Shown: positions 38,701-49,510 of the stretch, piece by piece | How positions within the stretch are numbered: the stretch's first letter is position 1 | Layout of the letters: each line of letters begins with the position of its first letter | Source of the DNA: a virus | Lineage: Duplodnaviria; Caudoviricetes | Length of the DNA: 64,000 nucleotides | Direction: 5' to 3' (one strand) | IMG/VR virus record: IMGVR_UViG_3300031857_000014 | Made by a program: the position numbers and the translations under genes | Notes under the pieces: model-generated | Told to the model about the DNA's origin: nothing | Seen by the model: the letters and a program-made list of their open reading frames with translations, nothing else | Databases searched by the model: none

Positions 38701-40509
38701 TAATGTTCTAAAAACATCAAAGTATTCTTCACCATATGTATATGGTTTCATTTTTGTCTTTAATGTTTTTGTTCTACCAGTTGTAATTGAATTATCAACA
38801 TCAAGTATATCTCTCGATCTATGGTCAATTGTTATATCATACCAACCTGCACCTTTTTCAAAAAAGATGTCGTTTGCTTCACTAAACGCTTTTCTTGGAT
38901 AACCTGTACCTTCTTCAACAGGATACTCATCTCTAGTATATGTTGTTGAAGAAGTAATTACTGTATTAGTATATGTGTACGCACTTGGAATAAATGTTGC
39001 AGTCGTTAAATTTTTGACACCTAATGTTACATCATAAATGTCTTGGTCAATATCAAACGATTTTGGAAATGATGTTACATTATAAACATATTCATCAAAT
39101 TGAATCATTGGTTCAGGTGCACCGATAAATTTTAAGAAAAATTCAATACATGATCTTGTTCCTTTTGATTTATATAAGTAAGCAAGATTAATGAGTATTC
39201 TTCTGTAAAATTCATATTCTGCTTCAATTTGATTATACCCTAAATTAACTCCGGTGTACTGTGAATCAATTCTTGTATATAAAATTTGGTCTAAGCTTTG
39301 TTCATCAAATAATTTAATTGTTGATAGACCTAACGTATTTGCTAAATTTTTTAAAAGTACGTCTGGTAAATTATTAATACCATCATAAGACACATTACGC
39401 ATGTACGCGATATTGTCAATATATTTTTTTACTGTATCAAAACTTTGTCCATACAACTGAAAAACAGATTCCGCCTTCTTTTCTTCTGTATCAAACTCAT
39501 AAAGTTGAGGTGATGACATAAATCTAACAAATAAGTTAGATTTATAATCGTCTATTTGGTCTGCAACATCAATTAAATCTGTGACATATTTTTCATAATT
39601 AACACCAAGTATTTCAATATTCCATCCATCTCTCGATATTGGCCAATTATATTCTACTGTTGCTAAAATGGTTTTTGAATTATCGGAATTGTCTTTAGGT
39701 ATTAAAAACGGAGCGTTATATTTTGGTGTGGTTTCTCTATTTAATAATATTTCTTCTAAATCATCTAAACCATTAAAAAATTCTTCCGTTATTGAATCAG
39801 TTGGTCTAATCAAATAATTTCCCGTATATGCTGTAAGATTAGGGAAAGGTTGACCATTTACCTTGATTTTTATTTTATTTACCGCATTTGGTTCTACGTA
39901 ATTTATAATACCATATGTTACACCATTTATATCAATCACATAATTTTTATATGAAGAATAAAAATTTCTTATTTCATTATCTGAGTCTGGTATAATGTTA
40001 CTTTTTGGTGTAGAAAAAACAACATCAATTGGATTAAAAAACAACGATGTTTGTATAAAGAATTCAGTGGTTTTTAAATTATTGTCATAAACAATATTTT
40101 CCGCACTATAAGGACTCGCACTAGATGGTTTATTTTTATCAACTAAAACCGCTGCCGGATATTTTTTTATTATTCTTGATAATGAAACTAATAATCTTTC
40201 TTTTAAGGAACCAAATAAAGATTTACCCGCATCATTCTTACTACCTTTAAATTTTACTTCTTCTTCTTTTTGTTTTTTAGACTGAGTTGTTACTGATTTG
40301 GTTTCCTCCTTTAAATCATCAAGAGTTAAAAAATCTGAGAATGTACCTGTTCTAAATTTTTTACTGTCTTTTTCAGGGATAACTTTATCTAAAATAAAAT
40401 TAGTATTAGTTAATTGACTAGTACCATCGGTAATTTGATTACCAACTAAACTATCACTGAATGTTTGTGCCCCACTTGCGGCTTTACTTGGTACTATATA
40501 TTTGGCCAT
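35752..40509 (-). CDS. Large baseplate wedge-like protein (P2 gpI / T4 gp7-like core) with Cys-rich and PT-rich extension
   Basis: [14 protein letters not shown] and [24 protein letters not shown] motifs; next to other baseplate genes. Confidence 0.55.
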   Translation of the reverse strand: MAKYIVPSKAASGAQTFSDSLVGNQITDGTSQLTNTNFILDKVIPEKDSKKFRTGTFSDFLTLDDLKEETKSVTTQSKKQKEEEVKFKGSKNDAGKSLFGSLKERLLVSLSRIIKKYPAAVLVDKNKPSSASPYSAENIVYDNNLKTTEFFIQTSLFFNPIDVVFSTPKSNIIPDSDNEIRNFYSSYKNYVIDINGVTYGIINYVEPNAVNKIKIKVNGQPFPNLTAYTGNYLIRPTDSITEEFFNGLDDLEEILLNRETTPKYNAPFLIPKDNSDNSKTILATVEYNWPISRDGWNIEILGVNYEKYVTDLIDVADQIDDYKSNLFVRFMSSPQLYEFDTEEKKAESVFQLYGQSFDTVKKYIDNIAYMRNVSYDGINNLPDVLLKNLANTLGLSTIKLFDEQSLDQILYTRIDSQYTGVNLGYNQIEAEYEFYRRILINLAYLYKSKGTRSCIEFFLKFIGAPEPMIQFDEYVYNVTSFPKSFDIDQDIYDVTLGVKNLTTATFIPSAYTYTNTVITSSTTYTRDEYPVEEGTGYPRKAFSEANDIFFEKGAGWYDITIDHRSRDILDVDNSITTGRTKTLKTKMKPYTYGEEYFDVFRTLPGLDTGYELEADIDNRKSEIFGESSYFVLNRKNIQLYLSASRTVDYDIYRKSRNLELTFGTTTLYPQTGVTFAEYLNEVLSRLIKNSHKIRYKKNYIILEDVFRDYLSRTTYTPFNFIDVEEYINRMSPYWTQMIDQFIPATTQWLGGNVIDNGVLGRPKYPYRFGCQPKKFIEELFPDFETAIEEDLETLLGSEENFRGLIKLTGVTYYPVIIIDDVVYSGTNYSVIISGTSNTTNSAQLFDPFPMTGCTSLTNNDPVNLALICDYKQYINPDVTKIKQLWITALSNLIDDYINTSETMDEPGCIDSYAPYTAETGNSSCPQVPKPLLTYNIFVDTDGIDKIEITSIKYGTNDCSVNDYLDYMFNAEYLTTPSTCGLNVNLISGCDVYEGGTEDCLLTGNLVIELENAVGLQNSQDGWPVHIYTDCLTGTNLNINFVSGYSLQYISGCTFQITGVTENDDFTISVLDGANCESRVRFKGWQLKAEHDPYVPARSHYQEFYISSYDNNEGYDIDLQTGVTWCDDYTGYTLVSNTEILSSYNYGLKNDSKIIRIEQSNIANVLLEFANGTFTNQTLEDFLISGELEIVNVQDINITNWLIMAEYKPCTSLSNHSFVVAPESGYSFSYDYSVGYVNHIDCLSSIKKSLITGLTVNNTYTVFEVLPTSKFRVYTNKIISNGSVINTNYFFDERFPEDLQVRQDEPIEPCCDYPEDYYKYYRGDFLIDRNGYPIEVIAVDLNYCDFSFYYNFNVTGQSIGDLVVFNGNDDHQPIVQHNYQLHNTSLSFSAEQFYTDSENCSTVPAVGSLARPIYTGTCTGTPVVTCVVPTPTPTPTPTPTPTATPTPTNTPTSTPTPTPTNTPTPTPTPTITPTPTIPPKATTTPTPTPTPTATPTPTPTATSISPTYIYLAEMRSCDDCGSNVGQIVVGSYTTLTINSYAIQIGSPAPQTTVYKILAGSSGFAAITVVPTGSNNCTVACNYEVIT
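36008..36229 (-). repeat. Pro-Thr coding repeat
   Basis: [33 protein letters not shown]... about 74 codons. Confidence 0.9.
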
Positions 40510-41429
40510 TATATTGTTGTAATAGTGTCAAAGTTTAGTGTTTCGTCAATATCTGTTCTCTGTTCACGAACTTCGTACAACGTTTCGTTAAATTCATCCT
40601 TAACTTCATATAGGTTGTATTGCTTATAGATATTGTTGTTATTATCATAAATCGTATAAATACCGGAAGATACCGCCTTAGTTTGATTACCATACAACGC
40701 ATTCGCCAATGTAGACGCATCATGTTCAACCATTTCTATCTCAATAGTTGTTGGGTTCACAAAAGTATTTGTAAGTATAATTTTTTGTGATGGTGAACCA
40801 ATAAATGGTACTGTATTAGGTTTATTTGACGGAGCGGATGATGGTGTTACAGTTAAAAACATCAAATTTGTCGCTTGTTCGGTATATTGATACCTTATAG
40901 ATTTTTGTGTCGTACTTGTTAGATTTGATACAATAGGTGTACAATAAAAAGATGATGTAACTATTCTATAAAAGTTAGGTATTTTCTTATTATCTACCGT
41001 GTTTATATATTCAACTCTATATCCAACTAATCCTTGAGGTGTAAATTTATTCCTATCTTCAGATGGTATGTTACTTAAGTCAATAATTAGTCCTCTTACC
41101 GATGGTAATGACGCCAAAATACCGCAATCAGAAATCGTAGTTCTGATTTGTTTTGGTCTAATATGTAGTGTATATATACCTAAATCTGAAAAGTCATCTG
41201 CACTTAATTTTAAATTATATAAACCACCCAAAATTTCAACATTAGGTGCATTTGTGTCATTTGTTGTATTTGCATTATGAAAAACAGGGGTCAATATATC
41301 CTCTGAATTTAATTTTTTCATTGTTACCGGTGAAGTAGATGTCCTTTCAGAAACATAATGAAATATTATTTCAACATCCGCTGGTGAAACATCTGAAGGT
41401 CTTACTATACCATATGATCCTACTGCCAT
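40509..41429 (-). CDS. Putative virion structural protein
   Basis: 306 aa in the structural operon; class I motif upstream. Confidence 0.55.
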   Translation of the reverse strand: MAVGSYGIVRPSDVSPADVEIIFHYVSERTSTSPVTMKKLNSEDILTPVFHNANTTNDTNAPNVEILGGLYNLKLSADDFSDLGIYTLHIRPKQIRTTISDCGILASLPSVRGLIIDLSNIPSEDRNKFTPQGLVGYRVEYINTVDNKKIPNFYRIVTSSFYCTPIVSNLTSTTQKSIRYQYTEQATNLMFLTVTPSSAPSNKPNTVPFIGSPSQKIILTNTFVNPTTIEIEMVEHDASTLANALYGNQTKAVSSGIYTIYDNNNNIYKQYNLYEVKDEFNETLYEVREQRTDIDETLNFDTITTI

Positions 41430-41441
41430 AAACTTTTATTA

Positions 41442-41448
41442 ATAAATA
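41442..41448 (-). promoter_or_regulatory. Class I motif TATTTAT
   Basis: 12 nt upstream of the ATG at 41429. Confidence 0.5.
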
Positions 41449-41454
41449 TGATTT

Positions 41455-42573
41455 TTATTGTTTTTTTACATTAAAAAATCCATTTCCATACAAGTCAAGT
41501 TCTCCAACATTATCAATTTCACATAATCTTAAATTATTTTCCAAAGGTGATTGTTTACCTCTTTCAATAAAAATGTCAGAATAGACTGTTGGTTCATCTA
41601 TAAAACCAAGGAAATGTTCATTTCTTGTTATCAAATTATTGAATATTTCTTCTTTTGTATACCCTGATGTTGACCCGGTTATCATAGTATACCCATCACT
41701 ATAATCGGTATAATATAAACCATCAATTGTATACGCACTATATCCTATACCATTATTCGTACCTGTTGTTACTCCACTATATGTGTTTGACCCATATAAT
41801 TTCAATTCAGAAATTCTACTTTTACCAATTGCAGCAAACGATATTGTGGTATATCCAGTATATCCTTGAACATAATCATAATCATTTAAATAATCAATTG
41901 TTTGTCCCGTATTAATTGTAAATGGTATGGTAAATCCACTGAAAGTACCTAAAGGATTTGCAACTGAAATATTTTTAGGTATTGTTACTAATTTACTTAA
42001 TTTCTGTTTAGACCAAGGTGAATCTAAAGTTATTGATATAGTATATCCTGACGATGTTGAATATGTATGTGTTAATGATGGTAATGACGCTGATGGTGTT
42101 CCGTCTGTTATTGTAATTCCGGATACACTTCCATCACCCCAATTAATTGTATATGTTTGTTCTTTTAATGTTCTTAAAACTAAAGGGTCTGAGGTATTAT
42201 ATACTTGTATAGTTGAACCTGTTTGAGTGTAAGAAAAATTACATAATTGATTCATTTGAGTAATATTACCATCAAACCCAACCATTACACCCATTTCATC
42301 AACACTACTTTCTAAAAAAATAGGTACATAATAATCATAACCAGTGTTACCAGTATATGTTACCCAAGTAGTTCCATTCCATCTATAATAACCACTAGTG
42401 ACTGTACCTCCACTTACATTAAAATATGTTGTACCGGTTTCAGGTGATAAGTTTGTACCTCCTGACCACGGAAATAAATTACCAAAACTATCAAACCAAT
42501 ATTGTCCTGTTAATGAATGTAGCTTAACTTTTGGTATTTGATTTATTAATATTTTATACGTATTTTTTTCCAT
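41455..42573 (-). CDS. Putative virion structural protein with PKD-like segment
   Basis: YTINWGDG motif; very rich in (S/T)GxT. Confidence 0.55.
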   Translation of the reverse strand: MEKNTYKILINQIPKVKLHSLTGQYWFDSFGNLFPWSGGTNLSPETGTTYFNVSGGTVTSGYYRWNGTTWVTYTGNTGYDYYVPIFLESSVDEMGVMVGFDGNITQMNQLCNFSYTQTGSTIQVYNTSDPLVLRTLKEQTYTINWGDGSVSGITITDGTPSASLPSLTHTYSTSSGYTISITLDSPWSKQKLSKLVTIPKNISVANPLGTFSGFTIPFTINTGQTIDYLNDYDYVQGYTGYTTISFAAIGKSRISELKLYGSNTYSGVTTGTNNGIGYSAYTIDGLYYTDYSDGYTMITGSTSGYTKEEIFNNLITRNEHFLGFIDEPTVYSDIFIERGKQSPLENNLRLCEIDNVGELDLYGNGFFNVKKQ

Positions 42574-42575
42574 TT

Positions 42576-43373
42576 TTACATTTTCTCATAAAATATTATT
42601 GGGTCATGAGCTTCACCAATTCTTGTTCCTGTGGTTCCACTAGTATATCTATACACTTCATAAGAATAATCTGAACGATTTATTTGCATTTTATAATACA
42701 TGTCTCTTGGCTCAATTACTTGTTGATTCATTGTTAATCCCGTTGTGGTAAAATCTAAAATAGTACCGTCTTTAGCATTATAAAATTTAGCGGTCATATA
42801 AAATGTGTTACCAGTTAAATTTGTTTCATTAAATGCTGAATCGTCACTAAACCAAAACAAATACATATTTTCTTTATTTTTATAGTTTGAACCCATAAAA
42901 ACAGGTAAATGAATAAATCCATTCAACGTAGTGTACAAATATTTTTCACCTAATGGTAACGCCAAATTTTTTGCAAAAACTAGTCTTCTATTTGTTCTGT
43001 CGGGTATATCGCCATTTGGTGTTTTATAAAATTCTAATCTAAAAAAACTTTCGGTTGACTGTTTCAACATTAATTCGTTCTCTTTAGCTGTTATTCCAAC
43101 TAGTTCATAATCTAATCCGTTTGTGTATCCTGTTCCTGTTGAATCAATAAAATAAAAATAAAACCATATGTCTGTTTGTGAGACACCGTTTGATGAGGTA
43201 TATGGTTTATGTATATACCGCATAGTTTCATAATTTTCAATCGGATTAATAATACTTAATAAAGTTTCTCTTTCTAATTCTTGAAAATTTTCTTGCCAAC
43301 CTAAATCAGTTTTAAATTGGTTTTCAGTATTCAATAAAATATTTTGGTCTTCCGTTTTTCTAAGAATTTCCAT
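42576..43373 (-). CDS. Putative virion structural protein
   Basis: 265 aa, tightly coupled in the baseplate operon. Confidence 0.55.
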   Translation of the reverse strand: MEILRKTEDQNILLNTENQFKTDLGWQENFQELERETLLSIINPIENYETMRYIHKPYTSSNGVSQTDIWFYFYFIDSTGTGYTNGLDYELVGITAKENELMLKQSTESFFRLEFYKTPNGDIPDRTNRRLVFAKNLALPLGEKYLYTTLNGFIHLPVFMGSNYKNKENMYLFWFSDDSAFNETNLTGNTFYMTAKFYNAKDGTILDFTTTGLTMNQQVIEPRDMYYKMQINRSDYSYEVYRYTSGTTGTRIGEAHDPIIFYEKM

Positions 43374-45137
43374 TTAACAGTCTATATTTCTATTTTTAAT
43401 TTTTATTATACCGTCCGCCTTATTTCTATATTGTTGTTCGTTTCTTAGGTAAAAATTTATATCATTATGTACATAATGATTATTATTCATGAAAGGAAAA
43501 TCTGTCCCGTATCCATCAGGGTCAACATAACCATGGTCGTATAAGTCTCTCCATTTCCACAATTTTTCATTATTATCATATTTTACATTCTCAGGTAAAT
43601 TAAAAATGTCATTTGTATTATACGATTCAACGTATGGTGATAACTCTCTTAGTTTAACTCTATTATGTGGTTGATAAAAAAGACCGACTAAATTATCTGC
43701 GGACGCTCCAGAGTATGTTGTTGGATCGTCTTGATCATGGTCAAAAATTAAATTAGGTGTAGATAATTTATGAAACGCTTCACTTATTATTCTTTCTTTG
43801 AAATCTCTGTCATTATATTCTACAAACGCACCCGTAAGTGTTGACCCAACTGATAACGAATTACCTGAATTAAATGTAAACGCACTATAAATAGGTGTGT
43901 TAGAACTAAAACTTGTTGATGTTAATGATGTTTCTTCGCTGGTGTTACCACTAAAATGTTGGTCAATCCATGTGTCATGAAAATGAAATTTGTAACCTAC
44001 TTTAGGTGGATAGTTAAAATACCCGTTTCCGTTCTTAAAGATTACTGACACATACACATCAGTTGGTGTGTACCCTAAATTATTTGTTATTCCAGTTAAT
44101 ATAAACGGTTGCTTAAATGAATAATACAACGACTCCATTCTATTTCTAACAACCAAATAATCATTTGTCCCCAAACTATTTTCAAATAATAATTTCTTTT
44201 CTTCTTCCCATATTGATGATTCAAAACCTAACTTGTCTAATAAATAAGAATCATATGTTGTAAGTGTTTTATGTTTGTGTACATAATATTGTGATGTCGT
44301 ACCATTGATGTTATTTTTATCAATACATCTTTTACAAACCATAATGTTACTTAACGTATACCCTGTTTCAATTTGTGTTTGTAAAATATTCAAAACATAT
44401 TTTGACGAATTATATGTTTCATCACCAACACTATCCACATAATATGTTCTTCCACTTAATGGTATTGAGTTATTAAACGAACCTCCTGATAAAATCAGGT
44501 ATTCTCCCGCAGATATTCCGTGTTCAACAGGTGATATAAACTTATAGTATTTACCACTAGTATATACTCTAAAAGGTATTCCATCTCCCGCAGTAAAATC
44601 TGCATATGTGTTACCTGTCAAAGTGTATCTCATGGGGAAAGAAGTGTCACCAGTATACACATAAGATAGATATAAATTCCAATTATGATATGGTGCCATA
44701 ATTGGTGTTACAGTTGTATGTCCAGTATAACCTTCTACTGTTATATTTTGAGAAAATGTACCTAAAGTACTTCCTGAATTTGGTGAGTTTTTTTCTCTAA
44801 CAACATCATTTCTTAAAAACGCAAATTCATTATATGGTAAAAACCCATCATTAGAACCTGTTCCATCGCCAAGTAAATATAAATCTCTAGATAATGGAAC
44901 ATAAGATGTTTGTCCGGAAAATATATTTCTAAAAACCATTCTTATCTTACCATATATCTTATAGTTTTTACTATCATTTCTTTCTGTATTAAATTGTTCT
45001 GCAATATCTAAAATAATATCTTTATCACCTTCTCTTAATAAATTTTCAGATTGAGATAAATTTATTCTTAGACTATTGTCTTGTTCGTTCGCCTTAAAAA
45101 ATTTTTTTGTTGGTAAAACAATTCTTTTCTTTTCCAT
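43374..45137 (-). CDS. Putative virion structural protein
   Basis: 587 aa, tightly coupled in the baseplate operon. Confidence 0.55.
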   Translation of the reverse strand: MEKKRIVLPTKKFFKANEQDNSLRINLSQSENLLREGDKDIILDIAEQFNTERNDSKNYKIYGKIRMVFRNIFSGQTSYVPLSRDLYLLGDGTGSNDGFLPYNEFAFLRNDVVREKNSPNSGSTLGTFSQNITVEGYTGHTTVTPIMAPYHNWNLYLSYVYTGDTSFPMRYTLTGNTYADFTAGDGIPFRVYTSGKYYKFISPVEHGISAGEYLILSGGSFNNSIPLSGRTYYVDSVGDETYNSSKYVLNILQTQIETGYTLSNIMVCKRCIDKNNINGTTSQYYVHKHKTLTTYDSYLLDKLGFESSIWEEEKKLLFENSLGTNDYLVVRNRMESLYYSFKQPFILTGITNNLGYTPTDVYVSVIFKNGNGYFNYPPKVGYKFHFHDTWIDQHFSGNTSEETSLTSTSFSSNTPIYSAFTFNSGNSLSVGSTLTGAFVEYNDRDFKERIISEAFHKLSTPNLIFDHDQDDPTTYSGASADNLVGLFYQPHNRVKLRELSPYVESYNTNDIFNLPENVKYDNNEKLWKWRDLYDHGYVDPDGYGTDFPFMNNNHYVHNDINFYLRNEQQYRNKADGIIKIKNRNIDC

Positions 45138-48100
45138 TATTCTTGTGTAGGGAACACTCCGGTGGGTCCAAACCTTTCAATAAATTTATCCAAGCCAGTA
45201 TTGCCCGGTCTTAAACCAAAATAAAATAAGAATGGGGTTGATAAAATTTGTTTACTACCACTATAATAATTCTCAGTTCTTCTAATTAAGAAATCGTTAG
45301 TATAATCCCACGCAATTGAATGCCATTGTCCTGCAGTACCGTATCTTGTATAAAGTGTACCCAAATATGCAGTTATTTCTGTGCCTGAGGTAGAACCACT
45401 AGTCACATATAAATAAGTGAATCCTGGATATTCACTATCGTATATGGTATGATTATCAGGGTCAGGAGAAACCACCACAACATCATAAGGTAATTCATTT
45501 GTTGCATTACCGGTATTTCCTGTAAATGTTTCACCAGGGAACGTATATGTCATCGGTAATAACAAATATTGGTCTGAAGAATCATTTGGTGAACCTGTTA
45601 AACTGTACGCGTAAGTCATTCCTTGTAAAGGTTGAACTTGAATTTGTGTAAAATCCCAATGTTGATTTAGTGTGTTATCTCCAAATCCACTGGCATTTTT
45701 TTCCCATAAATAAAAAGGAACAGGTTGCGAAGATTCAGTTAATCTACCTTGTACATGATTTCCACTATAGTCAATATGTGTAGGTTCATTCAAACAAGCA
45801 CGTATTCTCTCACCATCTTCAGTAAAATCAAATGTTACTGGTAATGGTCCGTTTGGTTTACCTCCACTCATATATGTTCCGGGTGTACCGTCACCATCCG
45901 TACTAAATACGTCAGGATAAAATTCGGGGTCTAATAATTGATACGAATAACCGAGGTATTTAGGGTTTTGTAAATCAAATTCTTCAATACCTACTTCATT
46001 ATTAATTGATATTAATTGTAAAACATCACCGTTCATTACTCTTCTGTATCCTGAAAATCCGGTATTATCAAAAAAATCATTTATATTATATGACGCATTT
46101 GTGACATCAAGTCTGTAATTTATATTAAGTCCTTGTATTTCACCAAAACTTTTAAACGATGTTGGTCCAATTTGTCTAGACACAGAACAATTAGGGTCTA
46201 CACTTGGGTCAGTACATATTTCTTTAATGAACTCATCTCGAGGACCCAAATCAACAAATGTTGTTGGTCTATTTATTTTTTTCTCTCCTCCATACCAATT
46301 GGAACCCCATGTATTTGTTGCGTCTTCATATCTACATGACCTATAATAAAATCTTGATTGGTCTGTAATCCATTTAACAACATCGGTACAATATTTTGTG
46401 TTATTTCTCCTCTTATTTTTCGCCTTAAATGCAAAGAAATACAAAGAACCAGATAACCAATTATTTATAAAACTATAATTGGCAATACCCCCACAAAATA
46501 ATTTTGCGACTCTTTTTCTTTTTCTAAATTCACTAAGTATATCAATTAATCTCCAAAAAGTTTGTGACCCTGGTACAATATAAAAAACACCGTTACTAAA
46601 TTCAGATACACCTGATTTCGTAATTTTACCTCTAAGGTAGCCATCCCACAATCTTGGAAGAGGTACTAGCATGTCATCAAAATAAACAAAATTAGGACCA
46701 CCTTTTTTTGATGAATAACAAACATTAAGATTATAAATGTCACTAACCACTGTGGCGTATATTTGAGTCCCCGGAGTATAACTACCAGGTAAAACATATG
46801 ACCTACCATCATCATCACTAACTGAAAACCTATCACCAAATCCACCGATATCAGTACTTAAATTACCGGTAGAAGTGATATAATAATTAATCAAATTTTC
46901 ATTGTACGGTGAATCGTACAAATTACAACCAGATTCAATTTCCGCGGTAATCGCTAATGATAGGTCAGTTTCTGTACATCCAGAGTTTGCTAATATAATT
47001 GGAACAGTTCTTCCTGTTGGTACTGCAGGATATGGTGGATTTAAATCTATAAAGGCATTATCTTCATCATAAAATGTAATATTTTCATAATCAATAATAA
47101 TTGAACTAGTTGTTATTGACGGTGACACCGTATTTGGTGAAGTACCTCCGGTATGTACAACAGTAAGATTACCAAAAATTTTTGTACAATTTGGTGCAAT
47201 GGTGAATTGATTGGGATTAGTAATTGTTAATGTTGCACCAGATGGACCAAACGTACCTCCAGATAAACTCTGAAAAAAAGTTGTTGCACTAATTGGAAAA
47301 GGTATATTGTAAGGCACTCCATTATAAACTAAACTTAAATTTGATATTCCACCATACGCACTGAAATTATATGTGTAACTTTTCCAATAAATAGGTGACG
47401 CTTGTACACGATCACTTAAGATATTGAAAAACTTATTTCCACTAAATATACTAGCATTCGAATTATATGTGATTGCAATATAATTATTTATGTTTTGATA
47501 AAAATGTGCCAAAGATGTGTACCCGGAAGTATAGTATTGGTTATTTTGTGATGCTAATACAATATCTAAATTAGGGTCCGAACAATTTACACAATTACCT
47601 TCAGTAGATGCGGAAAAAATAAAATTACTCATAGGTAATGTCCCATTTTGTGTTCTACCTGTATTATTTATTAAAAATGTACCAACGTAACACGGATTTG
47701 CCACTGGTGATCCGGTTAAAATTGGTGGTAAATTATTTGCGTCATTTTCATCAGTACACTCATCACATTCGGGATACGATATTAAATGTAAAGTTTTTTG
47801 TGACCTTTCTTGTATATTTAATCCCCAATTTTTTAATAGAAGTGAAAGTTTTCTTGTTGGTGATTCATCGATAGAACATGCGAGTCCCATTATTGATTTA
47901 ACAGCAGCATTAAAAAAACCTAATTTTACTATATTTAGAAAATATTCAATATATAATAAAATATCAGCAATTAATAAACTAAAAGTGTAATTCTTAACAG
48001 CAAAATTTACAGGAAAAGTATTAACTGAAGAGTCACAATCTTCTTCTTCCGCAGGAACAATTTCTTTAATACCTAAAAATTGTTCTTTTTTAACATTGTA

Positions 48101-49456
48101 GTCAGTTTCATACGAATTTTGAAAAGAAGATACTGTGTAGACTTTATTGTAGGTAAATCTATAAAAATAATCTTGTGGGTACCAAAAACCATCAACATTA
48201 TTTAAAATATCTGACTGACCATAAAAAGGATAATCATCGTAATTTGTAGACCACGCATATGATTTTGTCGATTCGTCAGGATATGTAAAAGTACTAACAT
48301 GTTCTTTAATGTTAGGGACTAAATAACTTCCGGTTGTCCTAACCCTACCTAAACTCTCATTTTTAATTGTAAATCTAAATCTTTGAACAGCCGACGTTGG
48401 TATACCTTTATTTGGGTCGTTGCTATATTCATTTTCACCAAATTCATTTGTTACGAGATAATCCATATTCATATCTACGGACATCATAAATGAACCATTT
48501 TCATCAATATCTTCATCCAACTCCACTTCTTCTAATATTGGCCTACTCTGCGAATCTTTTTTTGATGTAAATCTAATTGTTTCTATTTGACCCTTTTCAG
48601 ATGTCATCATACATTTTCGACCCATTTTCTTTCTGGGTCTGCAATTTTTATTAACTGAATTTTTTCCCGTATCAGAAAATGTCCCTCCAATAAGATATGC
48701 TTTAGGTTGTATTGTAATTCCTTGGTCGGCTAAATCAAAATCTGTTCTTGTTAGACCGATTTCACATAATTCGACGTTACCCCAAAAAGGTACAACTTCT
48801 ATTGTTTGTTCAAATGTTATAATTTGAGGAAGTGACGCAAGGTCTGGTGATGATTTGAATTTATACGTCGTCATAAATTGATCAACGCCCGCACCTTGAG
48901 CAATAAAATCATCAGGCCTTAATGAAAAACAACCAATGTCAGATAAATCAACATCAACGTGTAATGTCTGTTGTCCAACCGGAACACCCCATATCATGAA
49001 ATCTCCGGATTCATTTGTTTTAACTGTGTACTTGTAATATTTTTCGTAAACTTCAAGTACTTCTTCTCTAGTTAAAATATCTAATTGGTCAGGAAAAGTA
49101 CCCGTGGGTTCATGTCCACCATGTTGTCTTCTTGATGGTAATAAATTATACTTATAACCACCATCGTTTGTATCATCAGTTGCAGTATATGGATATAAAG
49201 CAGAAATAACGGGGTCATCGGCATCTTCGTCAGCCAGTGGAATAAAAATAGAAACCCTTGCATTGGGTATTCCAAACCCATTATTTGCGGAAATTCTACC
49301 TACAACGACGCCATAGTCGGAACATAATGACCTATAAACATCAACTTGTGAAAATTTTAAAGATAAAATTTCCAATAAATCGTAATCCTGTTTAAGTTCA
49401 ACTGTTACTTTTTGGTCCTTACCAATATTTGTCGAAATTCTGTGCTTTTGTATCAT
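45137..49456 (-). CDS. Large virion structural protein with carboxypeptidase-regulatory-like N-terminal domain (1439 aa)
   Basis: GRISANNGFGIPNARVSIF and TNESGDFMIWGVPVG motifs; follows the gp6-like gene. Confidence 0.55.
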   Translation of the reverse strand: MIQKHRISTNIGKDQKVTVELKQDYDLLEILSLKFSQVDVYRSLCSDYGVVVGRISANNGFGIPNARVSIFIPLADEDADDPVISALYPYTATDDTNDGGYKYNLLPSRRQHGGHEPTGTFPDQLDILTREEVLEVYEKYYKYTVKTNESGDFMIWGVPVGQQTLHVDVDLSDIGCFSLRPDDFIAQGAGVDQFMTTYKFKSSPDLASLPQIITFEQTIEVVPFWGNVELCEIGLTRTDFDLADQGITIQPKAYLIGGTFSDTGKNSVNKNCRPRKKMGRKCMMTSEKGQIETIRFTSKKDSQSRPILEEVELDEDIDENGSFMMSVDMNMDYLVTNEFGENEYSNDPNKGIPTSAVQRFRFTIKNESLGRVRTTGSYLVPNIKEHVSTFTYPDESTKSYAWSTNYDDYPFYGQSDILNNVDGFWYPQDYFYRFTYNKVYTVSSFQNSYETDYNVKKEQFLGIKEIVPAEEEDCDSSVNTFPVNFAVKNYTFSLLIADILLYIEYFLNIVKLGFFNAAVKSIMGLACSIDESPTRKLSLLLKNWGLNIQERSQKTLHLISYPECDECTDENDANNLPPILTGSPVANPCYVGTFLINNTGRTQNGTLPMSNFIFSASTEGNCVNCSDPNLDIVLASQNNQYYTSGYTSLAHFYQNINNYIAITYNSNASIFSGNKFFNILSDRVQASPIYWKSYTYNFSAYGGISNLSLVYNGVPYNIPFPISATTFFQSLSGGTFGPSGATLTITNPNQFTIAPNCTKIFGNLTVVHTGGTSPNTVSPSITTSSIIIDYENITFYDEDNAFIDLNPPYPAVPTGRTVPIILANSGCTETDLSLAITAEIESGCNLYDSPYNENLINYYITSTGNLSTDIGGFGDRFSVSDDDGRSYVLPGSYTPGTQIYATVVSDIYNLNVCYSSKKGGPNFVYFDDMLVPLPRLWDGYLRGKITKSGVSEFSNGVFYIVPGSQTFWRLIDILSEFRKRKRVAKLFCGGIANYSFINNWLSGSLYFFAFKAKNKRRNNTKYCTDVVKWITDQSRFYYRSCRYEDATNTWGSNWYGGEKKINRPTTFVDLGPRDEFIKEICTDPSVDPNCSVSRQIGPTSFKSFGEIQGLNINYRLDVTNASYNINDFFDNTGFSGYRRVMNGDVLQLISINNEVGIEEFDLQNPKYLGYSYQLLDPEFYPDVFSTDGDGTPGTYMSGGKPNGPLPVTFDFTEDGERIRACLNEPTHIDYSGNHVQGRLTESSQPVPFYLWEKNASGFGDNTLNQHWDFTQIQVQPLQGMTYAYSLTGSPNDSSDQYLLLPMTYTFPGETFTGNTGNATNELPYDVVVVSPDPDNHTIYDSEYPGFTYLYVTSGSTSGTEITAYLGTLYTRYGTAGQWHSIAWDYTNDFLIRRTENYYSGSKQILSTPFLFYFGLRPGNTGLDKFIERFGPTGVFPTQE

Positions 49457-49463
49457 TCTTATA

Positions 49464-49470
49464 ATAAATA
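49464..49470 (-). promoter_or_regulatory. Class I motif TATTTAT
   Basis: 7 nt upstream of the ATG at 49456; second copy at 49495..49501. Confidence 0.5.
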
Positions 49471-49510
49471 GAAACGATGTTATTTTCTATTAAAATAAAT
49501 AAAAATGATT

